Below are positions 6,274-8,012 of a stretch of DNA of 8,012 nucleotides, piece by piece. Made by a program: the position numbers and the translations under genes. Origin of the DNA: Candidatus Helarchaeota ASGARD archaeon Hel_GB_B (lineage in GTDB: Archaea; Asgardarchaeota; Lokiarchaeia; Helarchaeales; HEL-GB-B); NCBI GenBank assembly GCA_005191425.1, contig SUPR01000128.1:1-8012 (forward strand), in the 5' to 3' direction. The first letter of the stretch is position 1. Each line of letters starts with the position of its first letter. The notes beneath the pieces are model-generated. The model was not told where the DNA came from, searched no databases, and was given only the letters and a program-made list of their open reading frames with translations.

Positions 6274-6448
6274 AATTCTTACCTTATTTTTATACAAAAA
6301 TTTTCCATGTTTTTTATATGATAATTTAAATTATTTTTAATGTATATAAATTTGTAATTATTCTTTTAGATTTAAATTTTTTAGAGATTAATAAACAAAT
6401 TATATTCTTTTTAAAGAACATGTTTAAAATTCAGTTGATGATATAAAA

Positions 6449-7885
6449 ATGAGAAATAGAAGAACAAAAATTATTGCTACAATCGGACCGAGCTCAAGTA
6501 ATCCAGAAATTCTAAAGCAATTAATTAAAACAATAGATATTGCCAGGTTTAATTTTTCTTTTGGAAATTATGAGGCTCACAAAAAAAATATAGAAAATAT
6601 TAGAACAATTTCCGAAGAATTAAATAGGAATATAGCTATTCTACAAGATATACAAGGTCCTAAAATAAGAATTAATAAAATTTTTAATAATCAAATCGAA
6701 TTAAAATATAATGATATTGTTTCAATTATACCTGGAAATAAAATTCAAGAAAAAAATGAAATTGCAATAACATATGATAAGTTATTTAGCGATGTTAAAC
6801 CTGGAGATAAAATATTAATATCAGATGGATATATTGAACTTGAAGTCGAAAAAATTTCGGGAGTTAAAATTTTTGCAAAAGTTATACAAGGAGGATTATT
6901 AAAAGATGGAAAAGGACTTAATATACCTGTTGAATTGAAAATACCAACTATTTCTAAAAAAGATGAAATGGATATTAATTTTGGGCTAGAAAATGAGGTG
7001 GATTACATTGCATTATCATTTGTCAGGTCTTCTGCTGATATTTTAAAATTGAGAGATATTTTTAAAAATTATAAAAAAGACCACCCCGAATTGAGTTCAT
7101 TTCCAGGAATTATTGCAAAAATAGAAAGACCTGAAGCTCTTAGTGATATTGAAAAAATTATTAAACTATCAGATGGTATAATGGTAGCTAGGGGAGATTT
7201 GGGGATAGAATTAGCATTTGAAACAATTCCAAAAATTCAACGCGACCTGATCAGAAAATGCCAAGAATTGTCTAAACCAGTAATAATAGCAACCCAACTA
7301 TTATATTCTATGGTAAATTCGATCAGGCCCAGTAGGTCTGAAGTTGACGATGTCTATAATGCTGTGATCAGTGGAGCAGATTGTTTAATGTTATCTGATG
7401 AAACTGCTGTTGGAAAACACCCAATTAAGGCTGTAGACACTTTTGATATGATTATAAAAGAGGCAGAAAAAGATATTGTATCCTATCGCAATGCGACAAG
7501 ACCAAATATTACGGTTGAACATAATATTGCCCGAGCAGTTTCAAATGCTGTCTGTGAACTTGCATCTGAAGTTAAAGCTAAAGCTATTGTGTCATTTACA
7601 AAATCGGGGTTTACTGCACTCTTAATTTCCAAAAATAGACCGGATGTTGATATATTTGCGATAACTCCAGAAAAATCAGTTATGAGAAAATTAGCCCTTT
7701 ATTGGGGTGTTAGGCCATATTTAGTCCAAAAAATTGAAAATACCGATGAAATTATTACCACTTCTGAAAAATGTATTCTTGATTTGAATATTGCTGAATC
7801 GGGTGATATCATTGTGATTACTGCAGGTCTTCCAATTGCTTTTACCGGGATCACAAACCTAATTAAAGTGCACCAAATAAATTGA
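6449..7885 (+). CDS. pyk: Pyruvate kinase (K+-independent type)
   Basis: RRTKIIATIGPSS, DIQGPKIR, AKIERPEA, MVARGDLGIE, IATQ, GADCLMLSDETAVGKHP, C-domain FTKSGFTA...RP and terminal G-x-TNLIKV are all present. The 478-aa length fits a full A/B/C-domain enzyme. Confidence 0.97.
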   Translation: MRNRRTKIIATIGPSSSNPEILKQLIKTIDIARFNFSFGNYEAHKKNIENIRTISEELNRNIAILQDIQGPKIRINKIFNNQIELKYNDIVSIIPGNKIQEKNEIAITYDKLFSDVKPGDKILISDGYIELEVEKISGVKIFAKVIQGGLLKDGKGLNIPVELKIPTISKKDEMDINFGLENEVDYIALSFVRSSADILKLRDIFKNYKKDHPELSSFPGIIAKIERPEALSDIEKIIKLSDGIMVARGDLGIELAFETIPKIQRDLIRKCQELSKPVIIATQLLYSMVNSIRPSRSEVDDVYNAVISGADCLMLSDETAVGKHPIKAVDTFDMIIKEAEKDIVSYRNATRPNITVEHNIARAVSNAVCELASEVKAKAIVSFTKSGFTALLISKNRPDVDIFAITPEKSVMRKLALYWGVRPYLVQKIENTDEIITTSEKCILDLNIAESGDIIVITAGLPIAFTGITNLIKVHQIN

Positions 7886-7922
7886 TTTAAATAACGGGTG
7901 ATTTAATAATATATTGATTAAA

Positions 7923-8012
7923 ATGTGTGATACTATTGTTGCTTTAGGTAATTCAACTGAAGATGGGACAACAATTTTTGCAAAAAATAGTGATAGAGAG
8001 CCAAATGAAGCT
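7923..8012 (+). CDS. Peptidase family C69 / secernin-like Ntn-hydrolase (5' end only; absent from the ORF track)
   Basis: Manual translation from ATG 7923: MCDTIVALGNSTEDGTTIFAKNSDREPNEA, open to the window end. M-C-D-T...FAKNSDR-x-PNE is the characteristic N-terminus of C69 dipeptidases and secernins, with Cys2 as nucleophile. It lies 37 nt after the pyk stop. Confidence 0.88.
   Translation, partial: MCDTIVALGNSTEDGTTIFAKNSDREPNEA

Noticed and set aside
1-8012. A single operon-level pathway uniting all eight genes; CRISPR arrays, tRNA/rRNA genes, IS elements
   Set aside because: The genes fall into at least four transcription units with unrelated functions. No repeat-spacer arrays, GC-rich structured RNA segments, transposase motifs or terminal inverted repeats were seen.

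Overview
Very AT-rich archaeal window, most likely from an Asgard archaeon (Lokiarchaeia/Helarchaeales-like). That assignment is inferred from GGTGA-type ribosome-binding sites, AT-only promoter regions and a eukaryote-like Rpn11/CSN5-type JAMM protein. Eight protein genes are supported, two of them truncated by the window edges and missing from the ORF track. In order: (-) 2x[4Fe-4S] ferredoxin, 3' end off-window; (-) small Whirly/PC4-like alpha/beta protein; (+) stand-alone Pat-type GNAT acetyltransferase; (+) small double zinc-finger protein; (+) membrane-anchored, clan GH-D-like glycoside hydrolase of an uncharacterised family; (-) multidomain alpha-SNAP/TPR + intact JAMM/MPN+ isopeptidase + tandem winged-helix protein; (+) K+-independent-type pyruvate kinase; (+) 5' end of a C69/secernin-like Ntn peptidase. 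The most interesting element is the SNAP-JAMM-WH-WH fusion. It carries in one chain the three module types (helical solenoid, MPN, PCI-like winged helix) that eukaryotes spread over the subunits of the proteasome lid, COP9 signalosome and eIF3. No RNA genes, mobile elements or CRISPR arrays were seen. All family assignments come from reading motifs by eye; no database search was run. Residue numbers follow the ORF-track translations unless stated.
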